Positions 45,685 to 55,600 of a stretch of 64,000 nucleotides of DNA are shown piece after piece. Position numbers and translations under genes: made by a program. Source of the DNA: Candidatus Micrarchaeum sp. (GTDB lineage Archaea; SpSt-1190; DYHY01); contig DYHY01000004.1 of assembly GCA_020723935.1 (NCBI GenBank), positions 7,634-71,633 of the forward strand, given 5' to 3'. Position 1 is the first letter of the stretch. The number at the start of each line of letters is the position of its first letter. The notes beneath the pieces were generated by a model that was given only the letters and a program-made list of their open reading frames with translations, searched no databases and was not told the DNA's origin.

Positions 45685-46386
45685 CTACTGTACCTCCCCG
45701 GCCGATGCCGCCGCCGGCGCGGCCTGCGGCTGCTGCGGCTGCTGCGGCTGCTGCGGCTGAGCCGGTTTCTGGGCCGCCGCGCTCGCCGCGATGTTCTCGG
45801 CGATCAGGACCTCGTCCGGGAAGCCGACGTTCTGGGGCATTATCCTCACGCGCACGCCGACGACTCCCGGCTTGAGCTGGGCGTCGTAGTATCCGACGAG
45901 GACGCTGTCCTTGACCACCTGCCCGCAGTGCCTGATGTAGCCCTTCTTGAATATCCAGTCCTTGGCCCTGGCGCTAGGGACCTTGCCCGAGATTCGGATC
46001 TCGGCGCCCCTCGCCCCGGCGAGCATTATGCTGTCAAGGACCCTGTGGGCGACCTTCTTGAAATAGTAGCCGCGCTCCAGGAACCCGCCGACCTTCGCCG
46101 CCTGAAGCTGCGCGTCAACGTCGGGGTTGTCTATCGTCTTCACCTCAACCTGCGGGTTGTCTATCTTGAAGTCGGTCTTGAGCTTCTCCGTGAGCTCCTT
46201 GATGCTCTCGCCGCTCCTGCCGATGACGAGGCCCGGGCGCATCGCGTAGATTATGACGCGCGTGCCCATGGGCGTGCGCTTTATCTCGGTGTGCGAGTAG
46301 CCGGCGCGCCTAAGGTTGCGCGCTAGCATCCTCATCACTTCCAGCTCCTTCATCTTCTCCGACACGAAGAACTTTTCGACTGTCAT
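45685..46386 (-). CDS. rps3: 30S ribosomal protein S3 (uS3) with Gln/Pro-rich C-terminal tail
   Basis: KH and S3-C domains. PQQPQQPQQPQ tail from a (CTGCGG)n repeat. Confidence 0.9.
   Translation of the reverse strand: MTVEKFFVSEKMKELEVMRMLARNLRRAGYSHTEIKRTPMGTRVIIYAMRPGLVIGRSGESIKELTEKLKTDFKIDNPQVEVKTIDNPDVDAQLQAAKVGGFLERGYYFKKVAHRVLDSIMLAGARGAEIRISGKVPSARAKDWIFKKGYIRHCGQVVKDSVLVGYYDAQLKPGVVGVRVRIMPQNVGFPDEVLIAENIAASAAAQKPAQPQQPQQPQQPQAAPAAASAGEVQ
45724..45759. repeat. (CTGCGG)n hexanucleotide repeat in the rps3 3' end
   Basis: ctgcggctgctgcggctgctgcggctgctgcggctg. Confidence 0.8.
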
Positions 46387-46387
46387 C

Positions 46388-46843
46388 TTAGCGCACCCTC
46401 TCCTCCAGAACTATCTCCACGCTCGCCCTTCTGCTTCTGTTGGACGGGCCCTTGGCGAAGGCGCGGGCGGTGCCGGGCCTCTTGTGGACCGACCTGTTTG
46501 CGACCGCGCTCACGACGTAGAGCCTCTTCTCGTCCAGGCCCTTGGCCTTGGCGTTGCCCTTGGCGTTGAGGAGGATCGTGAGGACTTCCTGCGCGGCGTT
46601 CACCGGGAAGCGCGCGGGCCCGATGCCCGGCTTGTGCCCGACCTCGGTGTTGTACCTGCGGAACCTTATCGGGGTCTTCACGTAGATCACCTTGCTGAGG
46701 ACGTCCTCTGCCTGGGCGACCGGGAGGCCCCGGATGTTCCAGACAACCTCGACTGCGTCCTTTGCGGATATGTGCAGCGCCATCGCGTGGGCCTTGGCAA
46801 CCTTCGCCCCGTTGGGCGCTTCGTAGGAATATTTCCTTGGCAC
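46388..46843 (-). CDS. rpl22: 50S ribosomal protein L22 (uL22)
   Basis: 151 aa, canonical. Confidence 0.9.
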   Translation of the reverse strand: MPRKYSYEAPNGAKVAKAHAMALHISAKDAVEVVWNIRGLPVAQAEDVLSKVIYVKTPIRFRRYNTEVGHKPGIGPARFPVNAAQEVLTILLNAKGNAKAKGLDEKRLYVVSAVANRSVHKRPGTARAFAKGPSNRSRRASVEIVLEERVR

Positions 46844-46864
46844 GTGTGTTGTCCTTCCTCCTTC

Positions 46865-47260
46865 TTACTTGAGCGGGATGAACATGCTGCTCTTCGTCGC
46901 GCCGATTCCCGGAGCCCCGTGCTGGACGCGGTGCCTCGTGAGCGCGAACTCACCCATCCTGTGGCCCACCTGCTCGGCGGTTATCTCGAACGTCACGAAC
47001 TCCTTGCCCGCGTGGACGGCGACCAGGGCGCCCACCATCTGCGGGGTGATTATCACATCTCTGTAGTGCGTGCGCACCGGGTTTTTGTCCTTGTTCTTGG
47101 CCGCGTTCAGGACGTCGAAGACGAACTTCTTCTCCGCGGGCGAAAATCCGCGAAGAAGGCGCCTCCGGGCCCTGGCCGGGACCAGCTTCGAGAACTCCTG
47201 CAGCGTCAGCTTCTGGAGCTCCTCTATCGTCTTTCCTCGGTATTTGAAGATCCTTGCCAT
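46865..47260 (-). CDS. rps19: 30S ribosomal protein S19 (uS19)
   Basis: 131 aa, canonical. Confidence 0.9.
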   Translation of the reverse strand: MARIFKYRGKTIEELQKLTLQEFSKLVPARARRRLLRGFSPAEKKFVFDVLNAAKNKDKNPVRTHYRDVIITPQMVGALVAVHAGKEFVTFEITAEQVGHRMGEFALTRHRVQHGAPGIGATKSSMFIPLK

Positions 47261-47284
47261 CTGGTGAGCGTGTTCCTCCTGTGC

Positions 47285-48088
47285 CTATTCCTTCTTCTTC
47301 TTCTCCTGCTGCTGCCCGGAGTCCTGCTGGCCTCCGGAGCCTCCGCTTACTATCTGGGACTCCTTCTTCTTGGAGGAGCCGCGGCCCATCGAGCGCGCGG
47401 CGATGCTCCCGACCTTCCTTCCGGGCGGCGCGTTGTGGCTCACCGTCTGGGACTTACCCAGGTGCTGGTGGCCTCCGCCCCCGAACGGGTGGTCGACGGG
47501 GTTCCTCGCGGACGCCGAGCTCCTCGGCCAGCGCAGGTTCCTCGCGTGCTTCTTGTGATGCATCTTCCCAGCCTTTGCGAACGGCTTGAGTATGCGCCCG
47601 GATCCGGCGGCGATCCCTATTGTCGCGCGGCACTGGGGAAGGAGCGTCCTCATCTCCCCGGACGCGAGGCGGATGTTTATGATCCCCCTGTCCTTGGCGA
47701 CGATGAACGCGTAGCTTCCGGAGGAGCGGCCGATCTTGCCGCCGTCGCCGGGCCTAAACTCGATGTTGAAGACGGGGATCGTCTCGGGGATCATCCCGAG
47801 CGGGAGGACGTTGCCCTCCTTCGCCTCGGCCTGCGAGCCTATGAAGACCTTCTGCCCGACGAGCAGGCCTTCCTTGGCCGGCACGAGGGCTTCGGCCGGG
47901 CCCCGCCTGATCACCGCGACCGGGACGTTGTGCCCGACGGAGTGGATGATGTCTGAGACCGTCCATTCCTCGGCCGCGCCGTCGGCGGAGGGCTCCGGAT
48001 AGGCGAGCGTCCCCGCGTACCTGTGCGAGGGCGCCCTGAAAGTCGGCAGGTTCTTACCGCGTCTCTGTTGGATGAGTCGTTTTCCCAT
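47285..48088 (-). CDS. rpl2: 50S ribosomal protein L2 (uL2)
   Basis: 267 aa, canonical L2 with Gly/Gln-rich C-terminal extension. Confidence 0.9.
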   Translation of the reverse strand: MGKRLIQQRRGKNLPTFRAPSHRYAGTLAYPEPSADGAAEEWTVSDIIHSVGHNVPVAVIRRGPAEALVPAKEGLLVGQKVFIGSQAEAKEGNVLPLGMIPETIPVFNIEFRPGDGGKIGRSSGSYAFIVAKDRGIINIRLASGEMRTLLPQCRATIGIAAGSGRILKPFAKAGKMHHKKHARNLRWPRSSASARNPVDHPFGGGGHQHLGKSQTVSHNAPPGRKVGSIAARSMGRGSSKKKESQIVSGGSGGQQDSGQQQEKKKKE

Positions 48089-48095
48089 TTTTCCT

Positions 48096-48479
48096 TCACA
48101 GCATCCCGAGTTTCGATGCGAGGTCGGAGGCGGAGGATTCGGGCGACAGGTCTATGTACGCCTTCTTCTTGCCGTTCGCGGCGTTCTGCGTCCTCACGGC
48201 CGCCACCTTCACGCCGTAGAGCGATTCCATCGCCATGCGCACCGTCCCCTTCGTGGCCGTGCGGGCCACAATGAAAGTTATCGTGTTGAGCGCAGTCATC
48301 CTGACCGCCTTTTCGGTCGTGTAGGGATAAAGGAGGACCTCCTCGGGCCTGAAGGTTCCCGGGAATGCCTTCGCCTTCCCCTTGCCTTTCCCCTCGGCGC
48401 CCGCCGGCGACGCGCCGGGCTTCTTCCTGGGGGATTTCATGGGTTTCTTGACCTGCTGGGGTTCAGCCGTTTCAGCCAT
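48096..48479 (-). CDS. rpl23: 50S ribosomal protein L23 (uL23) with Lys-rich N-terminal extension
   Basis: Start at MAETAEPQQVKKP within track ORF 48096..48605. Core LLYPYTTEKAVRM. Confidence 0.85.
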   Translation of the reverse strand: MAETAEPQQVKKPMKSPRKKPGASPAGAEGKGKGKAKAFPGTFRPEEVLLYPYTTEKAVRMTALNTITFIVARTATKGTVRMAMESLYGVKVAAVRTQNAANGKKKAYIDLSPESSASDLASKLGML

Positions 48480-49296
48480 GGTAGTAGAGTTTCTCCTCCT
48501 TGAGTTTCGCGATCGCGCCCTCGCTCCAGACTGTGAGCCTTCCCGGCACCGTCCCGGGCGCGAGAAGCTCGGCGTTGAGCTGGTTGACCGTGACTGCGTC
48601 AACACCGGGGATGTTCCTCGCGGCCCTGAGCGCGGCCGCGCCGGGCTTGGATAGGATGAGGAGGACCGACTTCTTGGCCTTGTAGGGCCGCCCCCTCATC
48701 TTCCCGACGCCCGCACGGGTCTTCCTCTTGGAAACGCGCTCTAGGTCCGAGCCCAGGCCCAGCTTCTGGAGAAGCGTCTCCATCTCCTTTGCCTTGGAGA
48801 TCTCCTCCGCGCCGTCCTCGACGATTATCGGGAGCTCCAGCTCCTTCGCTATCCTGTGGCCGCGCGCCTGGACGAGCATTATCTGCGCCGTCGCGGCGAT
48901 CGCGCTCCTGATCGCAAGGAGCCTCTCCTTGCGGTTGATCCGCTCCGTGAAGTTCTTCTCGGGGGTGGGGGCGTGCACCGACCTTCCGCCCACCGCCTGC
49001 GGGACGATCTTGGCCTGGCCGACGCGCCTTCCGCCCTTCTTTATCAGGAGGCGTGGGATCCTGGCCTGCCCGTATCCGTAGGAATGGCCCCAGCCCTTCC
49101 TCGTGCCCTTGTAGCGGGCGGACGAGCGCTTGCCGCTCTTGGGGTCCGGGCCGTAGGGCTGCCGCCTCGCGTTCTGCGAGGAGATGACGGCGCGCGCTAT
49201 GACGTCGGGCCTCACGCTTTCGGAGAACTGCGACGGGAGATCGGACCTTGCGGAGGTCTTCTCGCCCGACTTCGAATATACTGGAACCTTGCTCAT
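48472..49296 (-). CDS. rpl4: 50S ribosomal protein L4 (uL4)
   Basis: 274 aa, canonical. Confidence 0.9.
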   Translation of the reverse strand: MSKVPVYSKSGEKTSARSDLPSQFSESVRPDVIARAVISSQNARRQPYGPDPKSGKRSSARYKGTRKGWGHSYGYGQARIPRLLIKKGGRRVGQAKIVPQAVGGRSVHAPTPEKNFTERINRKERLLAIRSAIAATAQIMLVQARGHRIAKELELPIIVEDGAEEISKAKEMETLLQKLGLGSDLERVSKRKTRAGVGKMRGRPYKAKKSVLLILSKPGAAALRAARNIPGVDAVTVNQLNAELLAPGTVPGRLTVWSEGAIAKLKEEKLYYHG

Positions 49297-50255
49297 TGCC
49301 TGATCACTCCTTCCATCGCGACATTGTCTACCTTCCTCGCGGGGTAGACCTTTTCAGGTATGCGCATGGCGAACCTCAGGCGCACGAGCCTCTTGGATGG
49401 CCCGGGGACCGAGCCCGCGATGAGGAGATAGTCGCCCTCGACCTTGCCTCCGTAGCCCGTGATTCCGCCGGGGACGTCCAGGCCCTTGTCGGACATGAAG
49501 ACGACCTGCTTGTTGAACTCGCAGCGCTGGTTGTATCCGGCCTTGCCGGGCATCGGCGTCTGCCAGAGGACCCTCTTGGGGCGCCAGCTGCCGATGTTGC
49601 CCGGCCGCCTCCTTGAGCGCTTGGTCTTAGGGGGCTGGAGCGGGACGTTGTGCCTAGCGACGGGGCCCAGGAACCCGTGGCCCTTGGTGACCGCGAAGAC
49701 GTCGATGTAATCGCCGACAGTGAGGACGTCGGATGCCCTGATGTCCTTCCCCAGGAGCTCTTCGGCCTTCTTCTTCTGCTCCTCAGGGGTGCCGGCGACC
49801 GCCACTTCCATCACTTCCGGCTTCTTCTTCCCGAAGCCTGCGATGCGTGGCTGCGTCGCGACGAGGATCACCACCTTGTCGAACTTCTCCGGGGCCTTGC
49901 CCTCGGCGGCCTTCTTGGGAAGGGGCCTCATCGTCCTCGCGAGGTCCTTGGGGAGGCTTGATGCCATCACCTGGCCCGTCTTCTTCTTCCCCTTGTAGAA
50001 CACGGCGCCTATCGCCTTCAGGGGCGGCGTGTGGAGGACGGTGAGTGCCTCCTGGCGCGGCTGGTTCACGAGGATGCTCTTGGGATTGTTCTCTATGAGC
50101 TGGCCGTGGGTTATCGCAACCTTGTATCCCGAAAAGCCGAGGATCGACTTGCCCTCGGGAGCGACCCATGTCCGGATGCGAGGTATCTCGCTGTCCGCGC
50201 GTGCACGGGGATTGAACTGCCTGCTTCCCCTTCTAGGATGGCTGAATTTGCCCAT
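49293..50255 (-). CDS. rpl3: 50S ribosomal protein L3 (uL3)
   Basis: 320 aa, canonical. First gene of the cluster. Confidence 0.9.
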   Translation of the reverse strand: MGKFSHPRRGSRQFNPRARADSEIPRIRTWVAPEGKSILGFSGYKVAITHGQLIENNPKSILVNQPRQEALTVLHTPPLKAIGAVFYKGKKKTGQVMASSLPKDLARTMRPLPKKAAEGKAPEKFDKVVILVATQPRIAGFGKKKPEVMEVAVAGTPEEQKKKAEELLGKDIRASDVLTVGDYIDVFAVTKGHGFLGPVARHNVPLQPPKTKRSRRRPGNIGSWRPKRVLWQTPMPGKAGYNQRCEFNKQVVFMSDKGLDVPGGITGYGGKVEGDYLLIAGSVPGPSKRLVRLRFAMRIPEKVYPARKVDNVAMEGVIRQ

Positions 50256-50338
50256 GTTGGTATCGGGAAGGGGCCTTCTTGAGCCGTTTATAATGTTTTA
50301 GGGGTTTAAAAGGGGGCCTGGAACGCCCCGGGGCGCCC

Positions 50339-51880
50339 TTGCGTCAGTGTTTAATATGTGGGACAGGGCTCCTGCCGGGGAGGTCCGCAAAGGCGGTCCT
50401 TGCCAACAGGGGGTTCTTCCTGCAAATAGCCGGCGCCCTCACAATCCCCTCTGTCGTCCTCTCGTTCTACTATTCCGAGACGCATGCGACAATAGCGCTC
50501 CTCGTCACCGCTCTCCTCTTCCTCCTCGCCGGCTTCGGCCTGAACAGCCTCGCCGAGAAGAGGGATCTCAACGTGCGGGAGGCCTCCGCCCTCCTCGTGA
50601 CCGCTTTCGCAGCCATGGCCCTCATCAGCTCCTTCCCGTTCCTCTATCTCAACTCCACCGGCGGGGCGGGCATGGCCGAAAGGGTGACGAACGCCTATTT
50701 CGAGGGCGTCTCCGGCTACACGACGACGGGCTTCTCGTTCATAGCCGACGAGAGCATCCTGCCGCGCTCCGTGCAGACCCACCGGGCGATGATAGAGTTC
50801 GTCATGGGGATCGGCCTCGTCTTCATGCTCCTCTCGTTCCTCTACCCGGAGAAGTCGATCAAGGGGTTCTTCGAGACCGTCGGCAGGGAGCGCCTCGGGA
50901 ACTCGAGCATGCCGAGGACGTATTTCGAGATCGCGTCCGTCTACGCCCTCTACATTGCGGCGGCCGTGATAACGTTCTACGTGCTCGGCTTCCGGGGGCG
51001 GCTCATGATGTTCGCGTTCGCGACCCACATACTGACCGGGGGTTTCACCCCCGCGCCGGAGACGCTTGCCAGGTACCTGGCCTGCCCCGGCGCCGCGATA
51101 ATCGTGGTGACGATGCTCGCGGGCTCCGTGAGCTTCGTCTTCCACAACTCGCTCCTCGGCAGGAGGATAAGGAAGGCTCTGACCGCGGAGGTCTTCGCCT
51201 ATTTCCTCGTCATCCTCGCGGGCGCCCTCGCCTTCCTCGGGACTTCCCCGGTGTGGGCGCTCTTCAACACCCTGAGCTTCTCGTCGGGGACGGGGGTGAC
51301 TAGCGCCCTCCAGATGACCGAGCAGGTGAAGGTCGTCCTAATAGCCTTGCTGTTTGTCGGCGGCTGCGGCTTCTCGCTCGCCGGCGGGATCAAGATATTC
51401 AGGCTGGTGCTGATGGTGAAGTCCGTCCTCGCGAGGTATTCGGGGGGTGACCTGGACTTCGCCGAGACGCCCAAGAGCCACAGGAAGACCACCGACCTCC
51501 TGGTCGCGATGCTCTCGGTGCTCGCCGGGATGGCGATCGTCTTTTCCGCGGCGGCGGTCTTCGCAGTCGCGCTGGGAATACCGTTCGTCGACGCGCTCTT
51601 CGAGTCCGTGTCCGCCTATTCCACGACCGGCGCGACCCTGGGCAGCATATCGGCGGCGGTGCCCATCGGCCTCGAATGGCTCGTCATGGCGCTCATGGCA
51701 GTCGGGCGGCTCAAGATAATCTTCTTCATGGTCGCCCTCTTCGCGCTGGGCATGAGGATCGGCCGCAGCCTGATGGGCGGGGCGGCGGACGGGCTCCTCG
51801 CGGTTGAGATAATGCCCTCTGGAAAAGGGGACAAGACTGAGAAGGCCGGGCCGCAAAAGGGGACCCTTGACGATCCCTGA
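50339..51880 (+). CDS. trkH: TrkH/KtrB-family cation (K+) transporter membrane subunit
   Basis: Repeated GYTTTGFS-type selectivity motifs. About 10 TM helices. Confidence 0.8.
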   Translation: MRQCLICGTGLLPGRSAKAVLANRGFFLQIAGALTIPSVVLSFYYSETHATIALLVTALLFLLAGFGLNSLAEKRDLNVREASALLVTAFAAMALISSFPFLYLNSTGGAGMAERVTNAYFEGVSGYTTTGFSFIADESILPRSVQTHRAMIEFVMGIGLVFMLLSFLYPEKSIKGFFETVGRERLGNSSMPRTYFEIASVYALYIAAAVITFYVLGFRGRLMMFAFATHILTGGFTPAPETLARYLACPGAAIIVVTMLAGSVSFVFHNSLLGRRIRKALTAEVFAYFLVILAGALAFLGTSPVWALFNTLSFSSGTGVTSALQMTEQVKVVLIALLFVGGCGFSLAGGIKIFRLVLMVKSVLARYSGGDLDFAETPKSHRKTTDLLVAMLSVLAGMAIVFSAAAVFAVALGIPFVDALFESVSAYSTTGATLGSISAAVPIGLEWLVMALMAVGRLKIIFFMVALFALGMRIGRSLMGGAADGLLAVEIMPSGKGDKTEKAGPQKGTLDDP

Positions 51881-51885
51881 GCGCT

Positions 51886-53355
51886 TCAGCCCTTCACTAC
51901 ACCTATCGGCCGCATCCGCGCGACGAGGCGCCCTATCCCCGCCTCGTGGGACACGCGCGCGACCTCGTCAATGTCCTTGTAGCAGTCCGGCGCCTCCTCC
52001 GCGATCGATCTCCAGGAATCGCAGCGAACGAGTATCCCGCGGGCGCCTAGCTCCTTCACTATCTCCTCGCCGCGGTGCCTCCTGAGCGCCTCGCCGCGGC
52101 TCATCATCCTCCCGGCGCCGTGGGCGGTCGAGCCGAAGGTGCGCTCCATCGCGGTCTCGCTCCCGACGAGGACGTAGCTAGCAGTCCCCATGCTTCCGGG
52201 CAGGAGCACCGGCTGGCCGACGCGCCTATATGCCTGCGGGACCTCCTTCCGTCCCGGGCCGAAGGCGCGGGTCGCGCCCTTCCTGTGCACGAAGCACTTC
52301 CTGGCGTGGTGCTCCTCTATCTTGGCGATGTTGTGGGCGACGTCGTAGAGGAGGCTCATCCCGAGGTCCTCGGGCGTCCTCCCGAACACGCGCGAGAAGG
52401 CGCCGCGCACCGAATGCATTATCGCTTGCCTGTTCGTGAAGGCGAAATTGACGGCGCAAGCCATCGCGGAGAAGTAATCGTCGGCTTCCCTGGTCCCTGC
52501 CGGCGCGTAGGCGAGCTCGCGGTCGGGCAGGCCCGAGATCTCCTCCTTGAACTTGTCCTCCATCACGCGCAGGTAGTCGGAGCATACCTGGTGGCCGAAG
52601 CCGCGCGAGCCGCAGTGGATCATCACTACTGCCTTCCCCTTCTCAAGGCCGAAGGCCTCCGCTTCCGGGCCGAACGTCTCGCCGATCTCCTGCACCTCGA
52701 GGAAATGGTTCCCTGCTCCAAGAGTCCCTACCTGGCTCTTCCCCCTGTCGCGCGCCTCCGCCGACACCTTCTCGGGCCTAGCGCCGGGAAGGCTCCCTCC
52801 CTCCTCGCAGTGCTCGAGGTCCTCCTTCCAGCCCTGGCCGATTCTCACGGCGGCTTTCGCGCCGTCTACCAGGACCGCGTCAAGTTCGGAGGGCGAGAGC
52901 TTCCTCTTGGTCGCCCTTCCGACACCGCTGGGCACCGAATCGTGTATCTTGTCAAGCAATTGCTTGATTTTCGGGCGCACCTCGGCCGCGGAAAGGTTCG
53001 TCCTTATCAGGCGCACGCCGCAGTTGATGTCGTAGCCTATGCCGCCCGGGGAGATCCCTCCCGTCTCGCAGTCGAGGGCGACGACGCCGCCTATGGGAAA
53101 GCCGTATCCCTCATGGCTGTCTGGCATCGAGATCGGGAATTTGACTATCCCGGGGAGGCAGGCGACGTTCGCGAGCTGGCGCAGGGTCCTGTCCGTCCGG
53201 ATCTTCTCCAGGAGCGCCTTGCTTGCGATTATGCGCGCCGGCGTCTTCATCTGGGCGACCGTTCCCATCGGTATCTCCCATTCCACCGGCCCTATGCGGT
53301 CCAGTTTCAGGGCCCGGGTGTCGAGGTCCGCGTGGGCGTGAGGGGAATCTTCCAT
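51886..53355 (-). CDS. rtcB: tRNA-splicing ligase RtcB
   Basis: 489 aa. GYDINCGVRL and HCGSRGFGHQV metal-binding motifs. No intein. Confidence 0.9.
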   Translation of the reverse strand: MEDSPHAHADLDTRALKLDRIGPVEWEIPMGTVAQMKTPARIIASKALLEKIRTDRTLRQLANVACLPGIVKFPISMPDSHEGYGFPIGGVVALDCETGGISPGGIGYDINCGVRLIRTNLSAAEVRPKIKQLLDKIHDSVPSGVGRATKRKLSPSELDAVLVDGAKAAVRIGQGWKEDLEHCEEGGSLPGARPEKVSAEARDRGKSQVGTLGAGNHFLEVQEIGETFGPEAEAFGLEKGKAVVMIHCGSRGFGHQVCSDYLRVMEDKFKEEISGLPDRELAYAPAGTREADDYFSAMACAVNFAFTNRQAIMHSVRGAFSRVFGRTPEDLGMSLLYDVAHNIAKIEEHHARKCFVHRKGATRAFGPGRKEVPQAYRRVGQPVLLPGSMGTASYVLVGSETAMERTFGSTAHGAGRMMSRGEALRRHRGEEIVKELGARGILVRCDSWRSIAEEAPDCYKDIDEVARVSHEAGIGRLVARMRPIGVVKG

Positions 53356-53404
53356 CTTCGGCCGGTTTCCAGGGCTTGCGGGGCAGTATAAAAAATAGCG
53401 CTTA

Positions 53405-53827
53405 TTAGACGTCCAGGACGACCCGGCAGACGAACCGGCCGGCGCGCTTCGTTATCGCCATCTCGTGATAGGTGACCGACTTCACCAGGGAGAACGTCGG
53501 GTGTTTCCGGGATATGGGCTCGCCCCGCGCGACGGCGGAAAGGCCCGCCTTGGTGATCCTCACCGAGAACGAGGAGAAGAACATCCCCTTCGCGTCGTAG
53601 AGGTAGACGAGCCTGTCGAGGAAATCGTAGAGGAGGGCGACATCGTCGGAGCGGCGGGGGACGGAAACCCGGACCGCCTTCTTCCTGGCGACCTCGGACA
53701 GATCGGTCATCGAGGCGAAGGTGGCTTTCCCGGCGTTCGCGAAAGCCCGGGAAAGCGTGCGTCCGTAGGATTCGAACTCGACGTCCGTCGTGTGGGGGAG
53801 GAATCTGAAGCCGGAATCCTCAGTCAT
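53405..53827 (-). CDS. archease (RtcB activator)
   Basis: FRFLPHTTDVEFESYG. Adjacent to rtcB. Start at the internal Met of track ORF 53405..53884. Confidence 0.75.
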   Translation of the reverse strand: MTEDSGFRFLPHTTDVEFESYGRTLSRAFANAGKATFASMTDLSEVARKKAVRVSVPRRSDDVALLYDFLDRLVYLYDAKGMFFSSFSVRITKAGLSAVARGEPISRKHPTFSLVKSVTYHEMAITKRAGRFVCRVVLDV

Positions 53828-53910
53828 ATGGCTGGGTGGAAAAAGACGGAAAATAAAAGAAGATTGGTGGCCCGCCGGGGCCACCGTTCTTGCCTGCTTG
53901 CTCCGCTTGC

Positions 53911-54513
53911 CTAGCGCTTCTTGCGCCTGGGCGCGGGCCTCTTGGGCGCGGGCCTCTTGGACTCGAACTTCTCCTCCTGGCCTGCGACGACGTCCGCGAT
54001 GTGGGACGTGTACTTGGAAAGATCCTTGTAGAGGATCTTCCCGGCGGCCCAGAAGAGGGCGAGGGACACCGCGACGATGAACCAGATTGATATCGTTGCT
54101 AGCATCTGCCCGACGACCGGTATCAGCGCCAGCATCCCAGGCAGGAACGGCGTCAGGAGGATGAGGACCAAGGCGAGGACTATCTCCTTTATCGCCTTCT
54201 TGAGGTCCGCAGCCTCGCTCCCCCTAACGAGGGGCGCGTAGCCGACAATTGTCTCCGCTGCCGTGTCCGCGAGAGCGAGTACATCCTGGATGACTGCTAT
54301 CGCGAAGTACAGCATGACCACGATCAGCGACGCGATCACGAGGAATCCCGTCGAGATCTGGGCGCCTGGAATCACCGAGCCGAGCGATTGCACGGCCGGG
54401 GACACGAGGGTCGCTATGAACCACACGGAGAACAGAACCGCGAGGTTCAGTATAATCCTTGGTAGTTTCTGTCTTATCCTATTGCCTAGTTCGGTCATTC
54501 TTTCGAATGTCAC
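53911..54513 (-). CDS. membrane protein of unknown function
   Basis: 200 aa, 4-5 TM helices, Lys/Arg/Pro-rich C-terminus. Confidence 0.45.
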   Translation of the reverse strand: MTFERMTELGNRIRQKLPRIILNLAVLFSVWFIATLVSPAVQSLGSVIPGAQISTGFLVIASLIVVMLYFAIAVIQDVLALADTAAETIVGYAPLVRGSEAADLKKAIKEIVLALVLILLTPFLPGMLALIPVVGQMLATISIWFIVAVSLALFWAAGKILYKDLSKYTSHIADVVAGQEEKFESKRPAPKRPAPRRKKR

Positions 54514-54955
54514 CAGAGCTAGTGGTAACTAACTACGTATTTATGGGTTGGTAGGGGTTTAGCCTATTTTCGGACCAAAAGGGAGATACCGAGGTGGAAT
54601 CTGCGAATTTCAATCGTTTTTTCGGCTTGAAGGAGTTGAGCTGGAAGTGGGGGCCGGAGGTCTGAGCCATCCGGTCCGTGAAAGTTAGGCGAGGGCTGAA
54701 AGTCCGACTCGCCCTGCGAGGGATAGATAAGGGAGGGGCCTCCCCCGTGGCGGTCAGGAAAGCCCCAAGGCTCAGTTGCGCCACGTCCCCGGGGGCGAGA
54801 ACCGATATCGCCCCGCAGGAAGCGCAGTGGTGAACCCACGTCCTATCCATGGTAGAGCCGCCCGAGAGGAACCAGTACCTGCCGCACCTGTTGCAAGTCT
54901 GCATCCTCGGGCTTCTTTCCATGGGGAAGCTTCCCCCGCGGAAAGGTAAAGGTGT

Positions 54956-55600
54956 TTGCAGGCACCTCCCTTCCGGTATTTTTTTATCCGGCGCGGGCGG
55001 CGGAGCGCGGGAAGCGAAGCGGACCAAAAGCCTGAAGACTGGAAGAAGCGCCTGACGCCGCAGGAGGTCTACGAGCCGCAGGAGGATTCCGAGCTCCTGC
55101 TCTCCGTCATCAGGAAGCTGGGCCTCTCGGGGAAGCTCGCCTGCGACATGGGGACGGGCTCCGGGATCCTCGCAAACGAGCTTGCGAAGGGGTTCGGGGC
55201 CGTCGTCGCGGCGGACGTGAACCCCGCGGCGCTCGATCCTAAGAACTTCGCAGCGAAAAACATCCGTCCGGTCGAAAGCGACCTGTTCTCCGGCATTCCG
55301 GAGCGCAGGTTTGACTTGGTAGTCTTCAACTCCCCCTACCTTCCAGGCGACGAGGATGCGAGGTGGTCGTGCGGGCCGGACGCAAAGGTGGTCGCCGATT
55401 TCCTCGCGCGGGCGGCGGGGAGGCTTTCCGAAAAAGGGGAGATACTCCTCCTCATCTCGAGCCTCACGCCGCCGCAGGCGTCCGCTGCGGCGCGCAGGCT
55501 CTTTCGCAGGGTCGAGATCGCCGGCGAGCGCAGGCTCCCGGGCTTCGAAACCCTCTTCGTGCTAAGGCTTTCTGGACCCAAGGGCCCTCATGCCGATTGA
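54956..55600 (+). CDS. HemK/Mtq2-like SAM-dependent methyltransferase (N5-glutamine methyltransferase family)
   Basis: VYEPQEDSELLL, DMGTGSGILA, VVFNSPYLP (NPPY-type). True start upstream is uncertain. Confidence 0.6.
   Translation: MQAPPFRYFFIRRGRRSAGSEADQKPEDWKKRLTPQEVYEPQEDSELLLSVIRKLGLSGKLACDMGTGSGILANELAKGFGAVVAADVNPAALDPKNFAAKNIRPVESDLFSGIPERRFDLVVFNSPYLPGDEDARWSCGPDAKVVADFLARAAGRLSEKGEILLLISSLTPPQASAAARRLFRRVEIAGERRLPGFETLFVLRLSGPKGPHAD

Noticed and set aside
54540-54990. Confident RNase P RNA or SRP RNA annotation
   Set aside because: Only isolated motif fragments are present. No complete P4 helix or SRP helix 8 could be assembled by eye, so it is kept only as a low-confidence finding.
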